A stretch of DNA of 64,000 bases, taken from the NCBI GenBank assembly GCA_964188305.1, contig OZ076886.1. One strand, written 5' to 3'. The stretch is from Podarcis bocagei (lineage: Eukaryota). Below are positions 60,291 to 64,000 of this stretch, piece by piece. The translations under genes and the position numbers were made by a program. The notes beneath the pieces were generated by a model that did no database searches, was not told the DNA's origin, and saw nothing but the letters and a program-made list of their open reading frames with translations. The first letter of the stretch is position 1, and the number at the start of each line of letters is the position of its first letter.

Positions 60291-63022
60291 CAACCTGAGC
60301 ATCATTAAGAGAAAAAGATAGTGACTGCAACCTGCAAAGTATAGTCATGCAAACTTGAATTGCTCATACGTGCTACTGGGATGACAGAAGAGCCTGTGAA
60401 AATGTAATGGCTGCATTACACATGAGTACTTGACATACACTTATTCACACAGCAACTTTCATAATTTGTAGGGTGAGGCAGGATAAGTAAATACAATGTT
60501 CCACAGCAAAAGTCACAGTAAATGGAAAGCCTGAAAAAATTACATATTTGGACATTCACAAAATTAGAAACATCCATCCATGTTACATACATAGTATGCT
60601 TTATTATAATTTCTGCTATAATTTTAAAGAAGTACTAGCATTTCTGTGATGATCACCCACTGAAATTTTATTCATCTTGGGTGGCAAGTTTGCATAGCAG
60701 CATGGTATTGAGAACTTAAAAGAGAGAGAGCTAGAGACCACTATCCCAAGTGCAGTTAAGGCACCACAGAACTTGATTACATTTGCAGTTACTTAAATAT
60801 ATGCTGCAATGATTGTCCACTTTTAAAAACTATTATGGCCACAGACTACAATTCTTTCTAGTTTAACTTACAGCTTAAACATTTCAGGGATCTAACAAGT
60901 CCTGGCGAAGAAGCGCAAGTTGCATATTGCCCCAGAATACCCATAGACTGATTGTTTTCCTCTGATTTTAAATGCTGTTATGCTGCTAGTGCTAGTTTTG
61001 AAGGGCAGGGAATGATTAATTAAAACACTGAAAATCAATGTTTAAATTGTACTCTGTGTGAACTACCCAGAGGACGTTGTCGCTTGGGCTGCCAATAAAT
61101 GTTCTAAATAAATAAATCCATCCTCATCTCAAGGCATTTGCAATCTGAAGAACAAGAAAGAGACAGGAGAAACTTAAGTTGTGTGACTGTGAAGATGCAC
61201 AAAATGGTTTTGATATGAATCAATTGTAGCAACAGCTCATTCATCCCTTTCAATAGCAACTTCAACATAATCATTTGCTGCGGTGCTAAACATTATGCAT
61301 ATAATGTTGCACCAACATAAATAGCTTCAACATTGACCAAAAATCTTCTGTAATGTCATGCAGACAAGCAGTTCCCAACCCCATCTCTAAACACCTCTTT
61401 TCTGCCTAGCTCATGTCAAACAACAGCTTCGTGCACTGACTTTAGGCAACATTTGTCAATGACCTCAATTTTTACATAGCTACAACAACCAACTGACAAG
61501 TCAAAGTAATAACTCATTGCTGTCTTACAGCCATAGCTAATCATTACAGATTATAACAATGCAGCTGTAACCAGCATATGACCTGAAAGATGCCGCTTCC
61601 CTATATACAACAATCTATTAGTTCATGAAGCAGGGGGTGCTGGAGGCCTTCAAACTGTATGGGAATCAGAATTAGGCCACTCAATTGAAGATCACAAATG
61701 AGGTCTCTGGGCCATTACCACCCAAAACAATCTCTGCTTGCTTACAGGAGGCCTCCACTGGCACCGCGGTGGTGACAGTCAGGCTGGCAAAAATTAATCC
61801 CTCCCTTTGCCTTTTATGTTGGAATGGTTATGGAAAACTTGGTTTATTCATGTTTGGTGGGAAATTTTGCAATATTCTGCATTATATCCACAATTACAAG
61901 CCAACCTCTTTCTCCAAATCCTATCTTAGCCTTACTGTCTTTGGACATAGACTTGGGCTCCACCCTTCACTACAGAGAACTAGTAGGCTTCTTACTGACC
62001 ACAGCATGATTAGTGATAGCTCAATAATAAAAGAACCAGACTGAAATAACTCTGAGCATTTGGGAAAATAATATCTGGGGTGCAGCAATGTCTGAGCGTC
62101 TCACCAGACACAAGAGGACAATTAAAGGCTTAATGAAAAGAGACACCTTCCAATAAACGTGGAGCCCTTTCTTTAGCTATGTTAATGACCAAAATCGAGA
62201 CATTGTTATCCTAACAGCTCAATCTTTTCAGTGGAGAGATTACATTAAGTAATATGTTTGAACATTGAATGTGTAAGCTCATGTCTAAAGTCAATGGATA
62301 GAAAAAACACCACTAGATGCACTGCTGCATAAGTGTTTAATGGTTCTTGTATTTGTATAAAAAGTAAAGCCAATAAAAATTTGTTTTAAGAACTGCAGCA
62401 ACAGAATAATAATTGGTCCTTATCCTACAAACCTATTGTTAGTGCAGCAGGTTGCATGATTGGCCCATAACATTTAATGCACATGCTGTTGTGTGTTGTG
62501 GTACCAACAGTGATAGCAGAAGGTATGACCCAGTCGTCTTCCAGTATACATTAATCCAGAAGTTTTCAGAACTTTTACCCTCAGTGAGCACTTTCCATAT
62601 CAACAGATCTGTCAAGGAACCAACAAACATTACAGAAGGCTTTGGGACTATTCTAGAATGCATAATTAGTTCACATAGGGGACCAGCTAGGTCTGTAAGA
62701 TCCAAATGCTCTCTCATGTTAACTGACAACACAACATCGAGAACACGGTGTTCCCTCCAATAGCTATGCATTCAGAAGCTTTTGTAAGGCATTTGCTGAT
62801 ACTCTGTTTAAGGATGTAAAAGATTTGCAAGACAGACATGCTACCATGTTCTGGTATACAGTCCATGCACAATGGGCAGAATAGAGAACAGTGGACAAAT
62901 TAATGGGGCAGGAGACTGAAGCAAATGAGAATAGTTAGTATACATGCACATGAGTGTTTCCCTATTAAAGCCCAATCAAGTATTGTAGAAAGGCAAGACA
63001 AAGCCACACACGTCATTTAAGA

Positions 63023-63158
63023 CAGCCTTCCCAACCCAATGCTTTCCTGATGTTTTGGATTCCAATTCCCACCAGCCACAGCCAGCATGGCTAATAATCA
63101 GGGATAAAGGGATCTGTAGTCCAACAACATCTGGAGGGTATCAGGCTGGGGAAGACTG
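63023..63158. mobile_element. Older hAT MITE (family of 31260/34325)
   Basis: CAGCCTTCCC...GGGAAGACTG ends, degenerate TTAAGA flanks. Confidence 0.65.
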
Positions 63159-64000
63159 CCTTAAGACAAAAAAGGTGTTTAGTCTAGATACATAATGCAA
63201 TGGAAAGTTAGGGAGGAAAGCGCTAAAAAGTTTGAGAATAAAGCTCTGCATCAGCAGTGTCCAAAGCAACATTGTCACAAATAAAAAACTTTTAAAACTA
63301 CTGTATCTCTTAACACACACATTAAAATAGGGCTCAATGTTTACTTATTATTGCTACTAAGTTAATATCCCACTTCCCTCCAATGAGCTCAAGGTGGCAT
63401 AAATTGTACTCCCTCTCTCCATTTCATCTCACAATAACCTTGTGAGATGAGCTAGGCTAAGAGGCAGTGACTGAGTCACTCACTGAGCTTCATGGCCAAG
63501 AGGTGATTTGAACCCTGGTATCCCAGATCTTACTCCAACACACCACACTGGTTTTATATACATAACAGAATGTTCTGCATTTTAAGTTTAATTACAAATA
63601 AGCCACATTTAACAAAGGAAATGAGACTTTATGCTGATATCAGCATTTCAACGTCACAAATATAATGCATTAAAGTCGATGCATTTTAAATGAAAAAGTT
63701 ACAACTTTCGTACTTTATCCAGTGAAACTTCTCATTGTCAGCATTCAGCATATCTTAATTTGGCAATTTCTCTTTAAAGTCTTCATTATAGCATTAATTC
63801 TGAAAGCTTTCCCTAAGAAAGGTAAAACTGACTCATTTACTTTCTGCTCCAGGATGCTTGTATGCAACAAAGCGGGCTGCAGAATCCTACAGATTAGTGT
63901 GAATGTTAGGGGAGGAAAAGTAGCAAGGATGACAGGAAAATAAAGAAATAGAACCAAGGCTTGTCATGGCATTTCCCGGATTACTAGGTTTTCTCTTCTA

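Noticed and set aside
62439-62771. Overlapping 110/103-aa ORFs as a possible upstream MBTD1 exon
   Set aside because: No similarity to an MBTD1 N-terminus and no in-frame ATG plus donor combination found.

Overview
Vertebrate genomic DNA, almost certainly a squamate (probably a lacertid lizard, judged from Sauria SINEs and other squamate-type repeats). It covers the conserved NME1 - NME2 - MBTD1 block. On +: the last two coding exons of an upstream nucleoside-diphosphate kinase paralogue (NME1 position) and a complete 153-aa NME2 gene with a CpG-island promoter. On -: MBTD1, with 16 coding exons found (FCS zinc finger plus four MBT repeats), a ~4 kb 3'UTR converging on NME2, and a 5' end outside the window. 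Introns hold Tigger/Tc2-type and hAT MITEs, SINEs, L2 fragments and Penelope-type remnants. Most entries in the ORF track are artefacts of GC-rich palindromic transposons or antisense exon frames. Best leads: (1) an intact minimal hammerhead ribozyme on the sense strand of an NME2 intron; (2) a young hAT element carrying what looks like a captured polyQ/polyP first exon of a host gene; (3) an NME1-to-NME2 read-through splice that stays in frame, as in human NM23-LV, with weak NME1 polyadenylation; (4) two Tc2/pogo-type elements built from tandem arrays of nested hairpins. All coordinates were read by eye, repeat-family names come from motif recognition, and no database searches were run.
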